Source of the DNA: Lingula anatina | Taxonomy: Eukaryota > Animalia > Brachiopoda | Assembly: GCA_051362555.1 (NCBI GenBank) | Contig: CM120643.1 | Coordinates: forward strand, 29,454,848 to 29,518,847 | Direction of reading: 5' to 3' | DNA length: 64,000 bases | Part shown: piece by piece, positions 1 through 13,654 of the stretch | Layout: each line of letters opens with the position of its first letter | Numbering within the stretch: the stretch's first letter is position 1 | Position numbers and translations under genes: made by a program | Notes under the pieces: generated by a model | Seen by the model: the letters and a program-made list of their open reading frames with translations, nothing else | What the model was told of the DNA's origin: nothing | Database searches by the model: none

Positions 1-1762
1 ATGTTTCGAATGTGCCTCGGATGAGCGGAAATATTAATTTTACCAGCAATCGAACTGCACTAGTGCGCGGTTCAAAGTATATTCTAACTATTCTTACTGC
101 CTTCTTACAGCATTATAAATATTCCTAGTTTTCCAAAACTTCGAAAACAACAAAACTATCTCTTGATCAGCCTTTCAATTATTGATCTCATCACGGGATT
201 GATAGATTCGATGGATTCGACCTTCAATTGATTTTTTAAAATGTTGATATAGTTTAAAATGACTGGCCAGTCATCATTACCAGCGACCATCTTCCGAAGC
301 TCCAATGGAAATGTCACCATTAGAATGGTAAAAATTTATGTAAATTCCACCCAAGCTTAAACGTATTTCCTGCCCTTTAAAATTTTGAAAAATAGCTTTT
401 AAAATGGTAATTTTTCAAAATTTGCCATTTTCAAAAATATTTTTAAAAACTGGCCAAAGTTACTTGTTATTTGCATTCATTACATGAGAAAGAACATATA
501 CTGAGCTTTTAACACCAATTTGTTTAGTTGAGTCTTTAACACAAAAAGAATGATCATCGTGGCTTATAAAGTGAATTATAAGATAATGCTATATTCTTTT
601 TTATTTATTATTCTAAATATTTTTTGAGTAAAAATCTGATGTACTGAAATATCTTTTTAGAGGGAACTGGAATGTAATGTCAAATCCACCATATGTTTTA
701 TCTTCAAAATACACAAGAGCTAGGATTTCATACCAAAATGAAGTCATGCTGACCAACCATATATCATAACTCTTATATGAGAATTTATTGCCAGGGACTT
801 TTCAGATGCCTGTTTACATGCTTTGCTTGTACATGCATTTTGAATTCTGTAATTTACCCATTTAGTGTTTTGAAAAAGCAATCTTATCATTTGGTACCTG
901 AACGTCTGTTGTATAAGTGTATAATTAGGAGTTGGGCGAATATTGCCTGATCAATACGAGCAGGTCTGACGTCGGACGAGGCGATGATGACCGCACCGCT
1001 TTGTTTTGACTCTAATACATACTAGGCATACGTCAAATACTGAAATTCACAATCGACACAACTTAAGATCTGCACTTAGTAGTTTGTGGCAGTGTGTTGG
1101 TATCTAACAGCTTTCTGTTAAGTACATCCTAGGGTTTTACTTTGATATCATAGATGGGATATGATAATTATTAAAAGTGGTAAAATCTTGACTATGTTCT
1201 ACCGGCATCAACTATGGTCTGGACAGGTTTATAATCGAGTCAAAGGACTGATCATTAAGCCGACTGAAGTACTCATTGTACATAACGTTTTAGTAGCAGT
1301 GTTCTTTAAATGTTTCCCCCACCTCATGACAATGAATTTATACTGTAATATAAACTGTAATGTGACATGTTCTGTGGAACAGTAGAAAGCGTCGGTGATG
1401 GCGACATTGTACAAAAGACTCCATAGAAAAGACGTGCATATTGAGTGAATATCTATAGGGGTATCTGTAAATGTCTAGTAACAGGAGCATTCTGTGCCCC
1501 TGACAGAGGAAGCATTGTCTCTCTGTATACCCTATAATAGAAATATGAAGTGGTATAATACACTAATAAAGCTATTTTGTGCAATAAATTACTCGCATTC
1601 CAAACTCTCTTAAGATACGGAAAAGAAAACAATGGTACCAGAGAGTTTTTCTTCTGACATTATCTTAGTAGAAATTGTTTTTGTCAGTCACAATCCATTT
1701 TCTTTGTCAACCATCATATGCGGTATTCAATATCCAGTAATCATTTCAAATTATAAGTGCCG

Positions 1763-2396
1763 TTACATAATAAATATTTCCCAAACGAAGACACCCCCGG
1801 CAACAGTAAACGCTATGTGCGCTAGCGAAGTAGTACTGCTAAGCAGATCCCCGCCGGTAGAGGAGGGCGGGTTGCTAGGCTTGACGTCGTGCATTCCTGG
1901 AGGAGGTTTGCCTAATTGATTAGTACTTCCGTCAGATGCACAGGAGTCCTTAACCGAACCCATCACAGTGACCTGGTATACGTTGCCCGCAAAGGTGATT
2001 CGTTCGTTTCTGGCCTTCAGCCTCTCGGTGAAATCGTCTAGGAACGAGGCAAACATCTGGAAACCTTCACGATAACTGCTGATTGTCTTCGTTAACCTGA
2101 CCTTAAAGGTGAAGACGGAGACTACTGTTGAAATCGTTGGACTTTGAAGTACCTCTCTACACACCCCGCGGCGGCCTGGAAATTTCCACACCCCTTTACT
2201 GGCAATTTCGAAAATGTTGAGACCGAAGAGATAAAATAAGTTTAGGGCACAGATCCCTTTAGCTGCAGTGGCGTTGAAATCGTTTTCCGGAACCAACGCA
2301 AAATGGATGGGAAAATCAATGTTGAACAGGTATCGTATTGGAGTAAAACACTGGTCATCTTCTGTGTCTTCACAAGGTAACTGGAACGTGGAATTT

Positions 2397-2440
<44 letters not shown>

Positions 2441-3794
2441 TATATATAGCAGTTATATATAAGAGAAAAAAAAGGGGAAGCCCATCTTCAAACATGGAAT
2501 AAGATAGGACGCCCTCGAACCGTTTGTAACAATGTGTTTTCAGATCACTATCAATAGACGGATTAAGCAATTCAATCATAAGACACGGTTGTCGACATAG
2601 CGCATGCCTTATTGAGGTAATTAAAATTGCAAATCAGTATGAAACTGTTTTTATATGTTTTTGTTGGATCTAAAGTGCACTTTCTGGTGGCAATTAGGTG
2701 TTGCTACATAATCTTTTTAAAATTAAAAATTTTGTTTGTATATACGGTTCACACTCTTATCAAAATCACGTCATGCAAGAGTAAACAATCTTTACAATCA
2801 TATTCTGTCCCTGTGATAAAAAATATATTATCGCAAGAGAATAATTGACATTGTATATTTACAAAGCAATATCTGTACATAAACTGTATGCCCACATATC
2901 AACGACTTACATGTTCCTGATCTGTGAAGTCTTCACACGGTTTCTTATATTGCACCCCAGTTGCGTCGAGCAAGACGGAATATCCCAGTGAATCGAATGA
3001 TCGAGATCTTTCTAGAGAATTGAAAAATACAATTTTTTGAAATCTATGTAGTGATAAAAAGGGTCCTCGAGGATTTTAGCGGACACCTTATATCATAAAT
3101 ATTTGCTGGTATTGGCTCAGTTAATTTTTCTTAAGCTATTGAAAAATAAAATTTTATTTGCTTTTAGGATCGATGGTAATGGAAGAGTCAAAAAAGATTT
3201 TTATTATCATGGAAATGACAAAATGTGGGCAAGTCTTAAACAGTTGTAGCTTCACACGATACTGATGCTGAGCAACCTCAAGATTTATTTTAACTGTATG
3301 CCTGAAATAAAGATTTTGTAGTTTATTGTGAACATTTGCTAAAACTGCCGACTTCAAACTTCGTCACTCCATACCATCATCCGCGAAAATGAAATTTGAC
3401 AGACATTAATAAACATCGCTGTAATTCCCGCAGAATATCTTTCCTGGCAATTCAACAAGGCATCAAAGCTGTCAAATGTACACACAAAAAGCAGAAAATA
3501 ATGGTCCACAAAAAAAAGGTTACTGGAGATTCTGATGCAAAAATACCTGATGCTTATCAGCCAAGTCAACATTAAATTTTAATTGTGCACGAAATGTAAT
3601 ACGGATGTAAATATAATGTGTTAGGATTTAGGCCCATGAGTGTTCAAATTCACACTATGAAAATGCCAGAATGAGAAAATACAAAAATTCACAAAAGTGC
3701 ATAAATTCAAGAAAAAATAAATGATAATGGTATCAAGCTTGTTTTCCAATTTGAGCTGTATGTCATACCTAAGAATCATTCTTGTAAGTTACAA

Positions 3795-3851
<57 letters not shown>

Positions 3852-6800
3852 AAAAATAAACAATCTGGATTTCCAACAGAATCTGTATTTCAGTCCTACG
3901 TTTCTTTTCTGTAAGTTTGAGAAGAGTAAGTGACATGATTTTCCTTTTAAAAATGAAAAATGGTCACTATGGAGGCAGTGGCCATGATAGGTTTTTTTCA
4001 ATTTTTATGCAATATTAATGTATAAAAAGCATAATCACCCCGATTCTTAAATCATGCACTGCAAGTAACATGGGTATTTAGAAAATGTGACCAGCAGGAG
4101 TCTTCAGGCCTATGAAACTTCAAAGTCACACCTTGAAAATACCAAACTGTAAACAAGAGATAACTGCACTGAAGTGAGTTACTTTCCATTTTAACACCTT
4201 TTTTACATAGGGCAAAATAACCCATTTACTTTCATTTTAATATGATCAACTAAGAACATTGCTGAGATGGGAAAACATCAATAGAACAATTTTGAATGTC
4301 CCATTTGCTCCATTCTGAGATTATGAACATAGTGAAGACTTGAATCTTGAATCTGACAAACTGCTATGAGTTTATTTCCATTTTTGACTTTATTACACAA
4401 TACACGATAACAGATTCACCATCATTTTAATCAACTGACAATATTATTAAGATATAGAAAAGGACAAAGGAACACTTTTACGTATCTAATTAGTTGAATG
4501 ATGGGAATGTTTACATGCCTAAGGATTGAACCTGAGGAAAAAAAACATTTATATACAAAACAGGCATAACTTATCAAAACTGAACCGATCAAGCTTATTT
4601 TTGATTTTGATCTGTATATAAAATCCATGATTCAGTCTGGCCAGTTTTAAATCTAAACATGATACGGTTTTCATTTTATGCCAGTAGTTAAAATATGCTG
4701 ACAAAAGTAAGAAATGCATAGCTTTTGCAAAAATGGTCTGATCAAACTTATTTTTTTACTTCGACCTGTATTTCAGTAAAATTGATCACTCATGTGAGTT
4801 TCAGGACAATCGACCTATCGGTTTTCTTTGAAATGTGTTATCAGTACAGCAAATATGCTGAAAAAAAAGAGAGAAAAAAAAACAGCATTACATTTGAAAA
4901 ATGGCCTGATCATGCTGCTTTTCGAACTTGACTTGCGCTTTATTAAAATTCATCAGTTCTGTAAATTTGAAGACAAAAGATAATTCGGTTTTCCACTTAT
5001 AATGTTATTACTGAAAGTGCACAGCGACGACGCCGCCGCCGCCGCTGCCGACGACAGACGCTAAGTGTATCTATACGGACTTCATAAAAAGTTGCGAATA
5101 GTGGATGCATTACATGTACGTAAGCTTTGTTTTGGCGAGAAACTATTAATTATGTTCGCAGGAAACAAACTGAATAAAAGGACTGGACTTTCCACGATGT
5201 GCCGTTATAAAGTGGCGCCGGTGTAACGTGACACAGAGTCCGTCGAAACATAGAGTCCGCGGACCCCCGGTTTCAGAAACCGGGAGTCCTCATTAAAAAC
5301 ATAGGGTCCCTCTAGTGTGACAGAGAGTCCGTGTAATATAGGGTCCCCCGGACTCTCTATTACACGGACCTTCTGTCACGTTACAACTATAGCAAAACTC
5401 AGAGTCCGTGCTTGTCCTCTAATTTAAATATTTATACATGTATTAAGTGTTCAAAAGAATAGAAATCAATATTCGTATTGTATTACTACTGAACACGAAA
5501 AGGCGTTGACAATAAGAGTTACCGTGTTTCGGGTTTTCGGCAAAGCTTCCTTCGTGGTACAGTGGCAGAGATGCAGAGATGGAATAGAGGCTGTCCAGCA
5601 GCTGATATGGATATGGTGAGTAAACAGGTTCGTATCACACAGGAGCCCCATTTCAGAGTATTTATATAAACATATTCTTAAACTATAATTGGTCCTTTTT
5701 ATCGATATACCAATGTTATTTTTTTATTTTATCATAATATTTAGTGAATACTTTTCGATGGTTAATCTCATTTTACGCTGGGTGTATTTTACTGCATTCA
5801 CTAGATAAACCAACGTAAAAGCTAAACCCATCTAAAAATATACACCCGTGTATTAATGGGTACGCCTCAGGGAATTATAACTCTTCACACACGAGACCTA
5901 TATATTTATGGAGGGTTCATCTTACTCGCAGTCAACTCACGATGGATCCTAAAGCGGTGCGGTTGTATTTATTAGAGGGAAAGTACCAAGCTGGGGCAAC
6001 GTTGAACGCTAAAAGATGTTTGAGACGCACCGCTAAAAAACATTACAAGGTAAACAAAATACTAGCTGCGTATATTTAACACTGTTTCAGACTGTCAATT
6101 TGCAGGTTGTCATATACTTACATAATGCAAGAAGCATTGGTAAAAAAGTGTTCATTGGGTGTATACAAAGACACTGTAACTGCATGATAACACAAGCATT
6201 TTTTAATTTCGTATCAACCTTTTCGTCTCTATCTCATGGAGCGCGCATAGCGTATTTCTTAATTTCCCTTTTTTTCTAGCTACAAGATGGAATACTATGG
6301 TACAGAACTGAAAAGAAAATCAATAATGTTGAGGATGGAGGAACCACGGTCACTAACGGAAAATGGAGGAAAGTTGTGGAAAATTCTGAGGAGAAGCACA
6401 CAATAATAAAGCAATTACATGACGAAAGTAAGGACGCAACTTATGTTCAGACTTATTATATTTTAAAATTATTTGGTTGGCATTATATGCTTTTAGTATT
6501 TTGCATTATCTTTAATGTCTCTTTTAATGTTTTAATGTACGTGGTCACATGGGAGTCACAAAGACTCTCCTCAAAGTGCAGCAACGTTTCTTTTGGCATC
6601 GCATGTCAGATGATGTAAAAAAATACATAGCTAGGTGCCATAGATGTCAAATGCAAAATCCAAAAGCTAAGAACACTACCCCTCCTCTCCGCCCAGTACC
6701 AGTGTCTAGTTGTAAGCCATGGAGCCAGGTAGCTACCCCTTTTTAATAATTACACATTAAAATATAGAAAAAAAGCTTAATAAAGATTACGAAATGGTTA

Positions 6801-8165
6801 TCCATCAATTATTATACATGACAGGCCAAAATTTAACACACCCGCAATGCCTTTTTCCTTTAACACAGATATTACTTTATATTCATGTTATTATAAGATA
6901 TCTATTACAGATTGGAATTGACCTTGTGGCAATGGAGGAATCGTACAACGGAAACAAGTACTTCTGTTCAGTGTTGTGCTATTTGACAAAACATGCTTCG
7001 GTAAAACCTTTTAAGAGCAAATGTGCCACTGAAGTAGCTTCATGCCTCCTTGATCTCATGATGATGTGAGTGTTTTATTTTATAGTGCTAAAACTTCTTC
7101 ATTTTACCTGTGAATCATCTATGCATCTCGTCATTATTAAATAACATATTGAGATAATATATTAAACTCATGTTATCTTATATTTTATTTACTAATGCTA
7201 TCGATTACCTGATTTAGATTTGGATTCCCGAGTGTGATCATCTCTGACCAGGGTCGGGAATTCAACAACCACCTCATTGATGAGATTTGTAAAACAACTA
7301 AAACAAGAAGACAAATAACCTCTCCATATCACCCACAGTCAAACGGCTTAACTGGTGAGTCGATCTGCTTCATACTAACTAAATCGGCGATCTTTTTTAT
7401 TATTTAATAAATTTAGAACTTTCCCTATTAGTGCCAGTTCGAAATTTTAACGCAAACACATAGTAAATGTTACATATTTTTTTCTAATTCGCTTTTTTTA
7501 AACGCCTTTACAGTGTTTTTTTATTTTACTCTATAAGGTTTATAGTACCTCACCTTATAGTACCTCACGTTCTATACTGATTTCTATTGGCATTGATGAT
7601 GCTATTTTACTTTATTGCTCTTCAAACACAGAGAGATTCAATCAGACCATTCAAAATAGTATGGCAAAGTCATACGACGACCCAAAAAGGTGGGACGATA
7701 CCCTAGCGGGCTGTGTATTTGCCCGCTACAAGATTCCACCAAGACGAGTCTCTATTTCTTGATGTTTGGAGTGTATGTATTTTAATCGCATCAAATTGAA
7801 ATATACTCTTATAAATCAATAAAAGAAAAAAATAGAGATTCACTTTTATTAAAAGTTGCAGTTGTAAACAATTATTTTTATTTCTATGTACATTCACTGA
7901 TAGATGAAGACTGTTTTTTTTGTACACAGTGCTGACAATATGACAGATCAAATGCCAACGACATTTTGAATAATAACTGCCAATACACTTAATTTCAGGG
8001 AACCAAGTCTTCAAACTGATGAAGAAGTTGGTGAAATTGTGGAAGATGTGCATTCCAGGGTAGAAACCATTAACTACCTTAACAATATTGTCAGACAAGC
8101 AGCACAAAGGAACATCCGTACTGCCCAAGAAAAGCAAAAAAAAAAAAAAAAAAATAAAAATAAAA

Positions 8166-8208
<43 letters not shown>

Positions 8209-10760
8209 AACGACCTGAGACACCAGAGTGAAGTAGGAATTAATTTCTTGTTAATGATATACTAAGGATTAAAAACTTAAGTAATGTCTTATTTTCACAG
8301 AAAATCAATATGTTTATCAAATATATTGACATTGTGTAATTTCCTTTAAGGTACGTAGTATCAATGGTGTGTGGCATATATTCTTTTTTACCATCGATAA
8401 TACATACCATTTTAAATATTTTTCACGAAGGACTTTCAGGTTGGAAGCAAAGTTTTAAAGAAAAACCTCAGAAGGGAAGATAGAAAGGGAGGCAAATCTG
8501 CCCCAAGGTACATGGGGCCATACACAATAGTGGCGAAGAAGCCAAACGGCACGTATATTCTGGAAAATTTACAAGGGAAAAAGTTTAAGAGGGCTGTGGG
8601 TGCTGGTCAACTAAAGCAGTACAGAGAAAATAGGTGATTTTTCTTTTTAAAAATTATAAAATGTAAAAAACATCTTTTATCTAATCTATAAAAACAATGT
8701 TAGCTATTGAAACATCAACTTTATATATATTGTCATTGCTTTTTCATTACCAATTTGGACGGCATTTACAGCACGTTGATTTTTCTTTATTTCAGAGCTG
8801 AAGGCGAAGCTGAAACCAGTTAAATATTAAAGAATGACACAAATGAGTATTTTGTAAAACAAAGATTGTAAACAATAAACATCCAGGCTTTCTGTATTCT
8901 TGTCTTTTTAATTCAATACATTTTATTTTTTATTGATAATTGGTTACAATTATATTGCACCAATATAACTATTACTTCAATGAAATGTATAAAGCGTACA
9001 TATTGCAAAAAATAAGGAATATAGCCGTATTAGTACGGATTAAACTCCATTTTCTATTGCCTAAAATGCAACAATGAGGGGGCCCTCCGATTCAAAGCGG
9101 ACTGTGTTCTGCCGGACACTCAGTTTTAAAACATAGGGTCCGCCGGACTCTGAAAGGGCCGGACTCTTCGGCACGCTACACCGGCGGCAAGACACGTAAT
9201 CACGTAACTTCGACGCAATCAATTGGAAACAAACCCTTCCTATGATTAAAGTTATAGCTTCAAAGGAGTAGCTCACTCCTAATACCATTGTCTTTATACT
9301 ACTTTTATTTTAATTTCTATTAGATTTAATTTTATCATTTTGAATTTTCATGCTCAGTACATGTATTTGCTTTTAAATAATTATCTTCGTCACGTATACA
9401 TCCACTAAAAGGTCTTACTAGCACTCGTTTTTTTCATTATTTGATGCACGTGCTTTTTCACATTTTCCTTTTTTTATAAAAACTGGAACTTACCTGAGTC
9501 AGAACAGGGTGTAATGTCCAGCTCAAAACGCTTTGGTAGTCTACATAGCCAGCAGAAGATATTTCTTCCATAATAGTCTGATGACCACATCGGAAATCGC
9601 GTGATGGATATCGGTCCTGACGAACAAAGTTCCTCGTGCTCTGGGTCGGCGTCTATGCCACACTGAGGAGTCTCGACGCGTCCACTTGATGTTGAAACAA
9701 TTGGCATGTGGTCAGATGGAATGCACGGTCTGCCTGGAGTGTTGGTTGGAGGATCAAATAACAAGGCACACCCTTGCGTTCGTCTGACCTGTTCCACAAC
9801 ATCCTCAGCACGGGTGAAGTTGAAAAATGTATCAACACCAAATGAAAAAACGCTGGCGCATGTTGCGTAAAAATCCCATTGTTGGACAGTTGCTATACCG
9901 TGGCACACTGCACAGTGTTTGTTATGAAATGTCAATTTAGTTGCTAAGTCAGACACGGGAACAAGGCGGTCAGTTTCACTGGTATTTCGCGGCCCTTCGC
10001 ATTTAGATCGCACGGTGTCATAGGGCCATTCCTCTGGGCATGAAGTCACCATCCAGAAGTGTTGGCTCTGAAGTCCTCTGAAAAGTGCTGTAGACTGCAA
10101 GAGGCATTCGATGTTATTTGGGTTTAAGCGCACTCCCGCCGATGGCAAAGGCTCTTTGCAGTCAAAACAACAGTCTTGAAACAAAGTGCAAAATTCGTCG
10201 CAGAAGCACCATGTCTGAACAACTAAACTACCTGCGCAGAATCTTTTGGGCAAGCTAAAAGGAAAGGACGAGCAATTCCACTGAGTCGGTGTTGATTCGC
10301 TAGATGTTGTCGGGTCCCATGTGAAAGTTATGCCAGACAGATCCCTTTTTCCTCGGTCTCCACTTGTCTCTCTTCTCGTATCGATTGGAAAGGTAGCAGT
10401 TCTTGCATTCCAAGGTAAATTTCTCTCGTCGGTGAACACTCTCTCACGCAGGACTACTGTTACCGGTTCTGCCACATCGCTGTTTTCTACGCCAGAAGAA
10501 TTGGTGAAATTGGCTCTTGTCGAGGTGGGTAGAAAGTGTAATGGTGAATCCCTGTTGAAGTCATTCTGAATAGAGACTTCAGCTGAATGACGGCGAGTTA
10601 AAACCGATCCAGGTGAGATAGTATCACCGGGGATGGTTTGGTTGACTAACGCGTTGGACCGTCCCTTCGAATCGTCGTGTGGGTCCACGCCTAACACTCC
10701 TCGCAGAAACAGAAAAAATAATGCAAATTGCCGGAGTTTACTTCGCAATGGTGAACCCAT
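1763..10760 (-). CDS. 3-exon somatomedin-B (SMB)-domain cell-surface protein, ~661 aa; ectodomain resembles invertebrate SMB-containing adhesion/Methuselah-like GPCRs but ends in a hydrophobic GPI-signal-like tail with no 7TM
   Basis: Exons 10760-9494 (donor GTAAGT), 3011-2911 (acceptor TCTCTAG, donor GTAAGT) and 2380-1763 (acceptor TTCCAG, stop) join in frame with phases 1 and 0. Signal peptide-like FALFFLFLRGVLG; furin-like RGKR; SMB motif WCFCDEFCTLFQDCCFDC; Cys motifs FHNKHCAVCHG and RNIFCWLC; C-terminus SSTGGDLLSSTTSLAHIAFTVAGGVFVWEIFIM*. Confidence 0.75.
2399..2437. repeat. (AAT)n microsatellite
   Basis: Direct reading; lies next to the acceptor of the last SMB-gene exon. Confidence 0.95.
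3650..5062 (+). repeat. Unclassified dispersed repeat ending in a (GAC/GCC)n tract; second copy at ~33190-35050
   Basis: Colinear homology with 33190-35050 (e.g. AATGCCAGA.TGAGAAAA, AGAAAATGTGAC.AGCA, TTGCTCCATTCTGAGATT, GACGACAGACGC). Contains (TA)n at 3798-3849. Confidence 0.7.
5222..9180 (+). mobile_element. Ginger1 DNA transposon (Gypsy-integrase-like transposase), full length, in intron 1 of the SMB gene
   Basis: Termini TGTAACGTGACACAGAGTCCG ... CGGACTCTTCGGCACGCTACA (imperfect TIR, TGT...ACA), flanked by a 4-bp CCGG duplication (5218-5221, 9181-9184), the target reported for Ginger1. No RT, RNase H, gag or LTR inside. Confidence 0.9.
5942..8823 (+). pseudogene. Intron-containing Ginger1 integrase/transposase (HHCC, DDE, GPY), inactivated
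   Basis: Exons 5942-6049, 6280-6427, 6541-6728, 6911-7065, 7218-7354, 7632-~7770, ~7999-~8140, 8431-8633, 8796-8823. Motifs LHDE/GHMG/CHRC, IGID, ISDQGREF, SPYHPQSNGLTERFNQT, RYMGPYTI. Lesions: acceptor AC instead of AG at 6539-6540, frameshift/deletion near 7725-7740, poly-A/(AAAT)n expansion at 8136-8210. Confidence 0.85.
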
Positions 10761-10849
10761 TGCAAAGACCGCAAGCTACCACCGCACTGTTTCCAATATC
10801 CAGTTTGCACGTTCTAAACAAACTTTTATAGTTGATAGCACGCTATGTA

Positions 10850-11960
10850 ATAAATGGTGGTAAGATGTTTATGAAACAATTTGCATAAGGTCCATATCGA
10901 CAGTCGCTATAAGCTGAGCAACAGATGAAAACAAGGAATGGTAATCTGTGACGGATTACAGATTTAACACGTGGGGGTAAATAATCACGCAAATTAAATG
11001 TTTCGATACTTCAGATGGTAGATCGTAGTGAATGACGGAAGAAGTTAAGAACTCTTGTATGTTCATTGTTTGCATGAAATTTTTCAGGAAATTTATCTTT
11101 GCATGTAATACACTGAGATCATAAGTAGTTTAAAAGATATGCCAGGCAATGCTCTTGAATGTCACAAATACGTAGGTGGTGCCTTCGGGGAACAGAAAAA
11201 TTCACAGCACCACAAGTCTCACAGGACCAAGGAACACCATAGATCGCATTCCCAGTAAGGGACATACGATGTCGCAAAGTGTGCAAGAAGCACAAAAAAC
11301 AAGTAATTGTTTATATTTAAATATTACGTATTAATTTGGATAAAATTTCCATTAGAATCTGTTGCAAAATAGGCCAAGAAATGGTGCTACTGTGGGTGCA
11401 TGAAATAAATGGCGGTAAGATGTTTATGAAAAAAATTGCATAAGATGCCATATGGACAGCCGCTATAAGCTGAACAACAGATGAAAACAAAGAATAATCT
11501 ATGACGGATTACAGATTTAACACTTGGTGGTAAATAATCACACAAATTAAATGCTTAAATACTTCAGATGGAAGATAGAACTCTTGTATTTTCATTGTTC
11601 GCAGACAAGCCGCACTTTACATAGAAACAAACTGTTTTAACGAAATCATTATTTGAAAGAAATTTATCTTTGCATGTTATACACTGAGATCATTGGTAGC
11701 TGAAAAGATATGCCAAGTAATCCCCTTGAATGTCACATATCCGTCCGTGATGTCTTCGGGGAACAGAAAAATTCTAAAATCGCCTCACAGTATCAAGAAA
11801 CACCAAAGATCGCAACCAGTAAGTGACATACAACGTCGCAAAGTGCGCAAGAAGCACATACAGCAAGTGATTGTTTACATTTAATCCTATGTATTTATTT
11901 TGATAAAATTTCCATAAGAATCTGCCGTAAAATAGGTCAAGAAATGGTGCTACTGTGGGT
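10850..11960. repeat. ~555-bp tandem duplication upstream of the SMB gene; diverged third copy at ~13190-13640
   Basis: GGTAAGATGTTTATGAAA at 10859 and 11414; both units end AAGAAATGGTGCTACTGTGGGT; GACGGATTACAGAT and GGGAACAGAAAAA recur at 13203 and 13469. Confidence 0.85.
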
Positions 11961-12371
11961 TTTACTGATTTATTAAGCCTTTTTTATGAATTTGGTATGA
12001 GGACACAATAGCTAGAACATATTTGCTAAAAACTGCACTTTATAAATCGTGTTTCAAATCAATATGAGAATAATCGTTTAAATCAAACCCAAGGAAAAAC
12101 GTTTTCAATTTTCTGCGTGTCATCATCATAGACATGCATTTAATTGTTCTCATGGGCAATTTTGTCTACTCACTAAGTAACACTTTAAGCCCCTCCACCT
12201 TATCGCCTTATCGAATTCAGTGAATAATGTTCTCCACATGCAACGGCTGAATGCAGAATCTTGTGATCACCTTAGAGGAAGTTTCAAATTAAGGGGACCG
12301 GGATAGGAGGGGGTTAAGAGAATGATTTCATGATAATAAATGATTTACGCAACCAGCTTGCCCATGCAATG

Positions 12372-12555
12372 ACTCATCCAAGAATGGAGCTTTGTTCCAC
12401 AGAAACTTTTTCAGACATTAATTATCTCAATGAGGAGGCCTTGTGAAGCACGTGTGGTTTGCAGGGGCGCACACACACAAAACTGAACATCTCAATGAGG
12501 AGGCCTTGTGAAGCACGTGTGGTTTGCAGGGGCGCACACACACAAAACTGAACAT
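12372..12555 (+). mobile_element. Tc1-family transposase 3'-end remnant with an internal 65-bp tandem duplication
   Basis: Translates IQEWSFVPQKLFQTLIISMRRPCEARVVCRGAHTQN (Tc1 C-terminal EW..IP...L..SM.RR..A...A.GGHT). Unit at 12424 is repeated at 12489. Confidence 0.65.
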
Positions 12556-13654
12556 ACAGTAGCTCTTTTAGTCATTCTTATGATTGATAATTATTAAGTT
12601 TCGAAGTTAATAAACTAAATATCTTCCTTGTAACTTCTCTTTTTCTTAGTGCTCGGCACTTCTTTCGAGAAAGATATTTCTAAGATATCACAAAACATAA
12701 CCAGAGTATCCAGGCAAGAGAGGATAGTACATGAAAATGATTTGTGATATATACATATAATGACTTATTTTAACATGCAAATGTATTAAACGTATATCAG
12801 TTATTTCTAGAATCGACTTTGAGTACATAAAAAAATTAATAAAAATGAATATGATATTTGAAATAGAACTAAATGCTAAACAATAAAGGTCAACACAGTC
12901 ATCATTATTTAAGGGATATATAATATATAAACATAATAGCTTACTTTAAATTGTCGATTTATTAAACGTATGTCAATTAAGTAAAGAATCAACATTTTAA
13001 TAGATGAATAAATGAATGATTAAAATGAATATAATATGTAAAATTTAATTGAGTGCTAAACAAAAATAGTCAACACAGTCATCATTCTTTGGTAAACAGA
13101 CGACGCGAATGAAGCGATAAGTTAAGGATTACTGAGTGTGTGGACACGTAGACTGCTTTCAAGCCTGCAGAACACAAACATAATTAAGGAACAGAAATCT
13201 ATGACGGATTACAGATAACCCACGCAGGGTCTTATAAACAAGCAAATTAATGGTTCTCGTATGTAAGCCAGTAGATTCTGGTAAACTATGTAAGAAATTG
13301 GAACCTGCAGCGTTCTCAATCTTTGGCAAGCAGAAGAATATGCGAAAATGCATTAAGTTTACGAAATAATTATTTTGACAAAATCTCTCTTTGCATTCAA
13401 TACACGTAGTTTTTCAGACAATACAGGTTATCTCCCTGGGCGTCACAATGCTGGCCGTGGTGCTGTGGGGGAACAGAAAAAAATCCTAAAATCGCCTCCC
13501 AGTACCAAGAAGAAAAACGAGGTCATCACCCCTTGTACGGGTCGAAAAATGTCGCGAAGTGTGCAACAAATATCGCAAAGATAACAGTTAACAAGTGATT
13601 GGTTAGTTCGTTTATATATGTTTCAATATTACGTGTTTATTTTGTTAAGTTCTC

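Noticed and set aside
2440-2580. Possible LINE 3' end next to the (AAT)n tract
   Set aside because: Too short and no diagnostic ORF2 motif.
5222-9180. LTR retrotransposon or host GIN1 gene
   Set aside because: No RT or LTR; TIRs with CCGG TSD and inactivating lesions indicate a Ginger1 transposon.
12424-12555. CRISPR-like direct repeats
   Set aside because: A simple two-unit tandem duplication without spacers; eukaryotic context and no cas genes.
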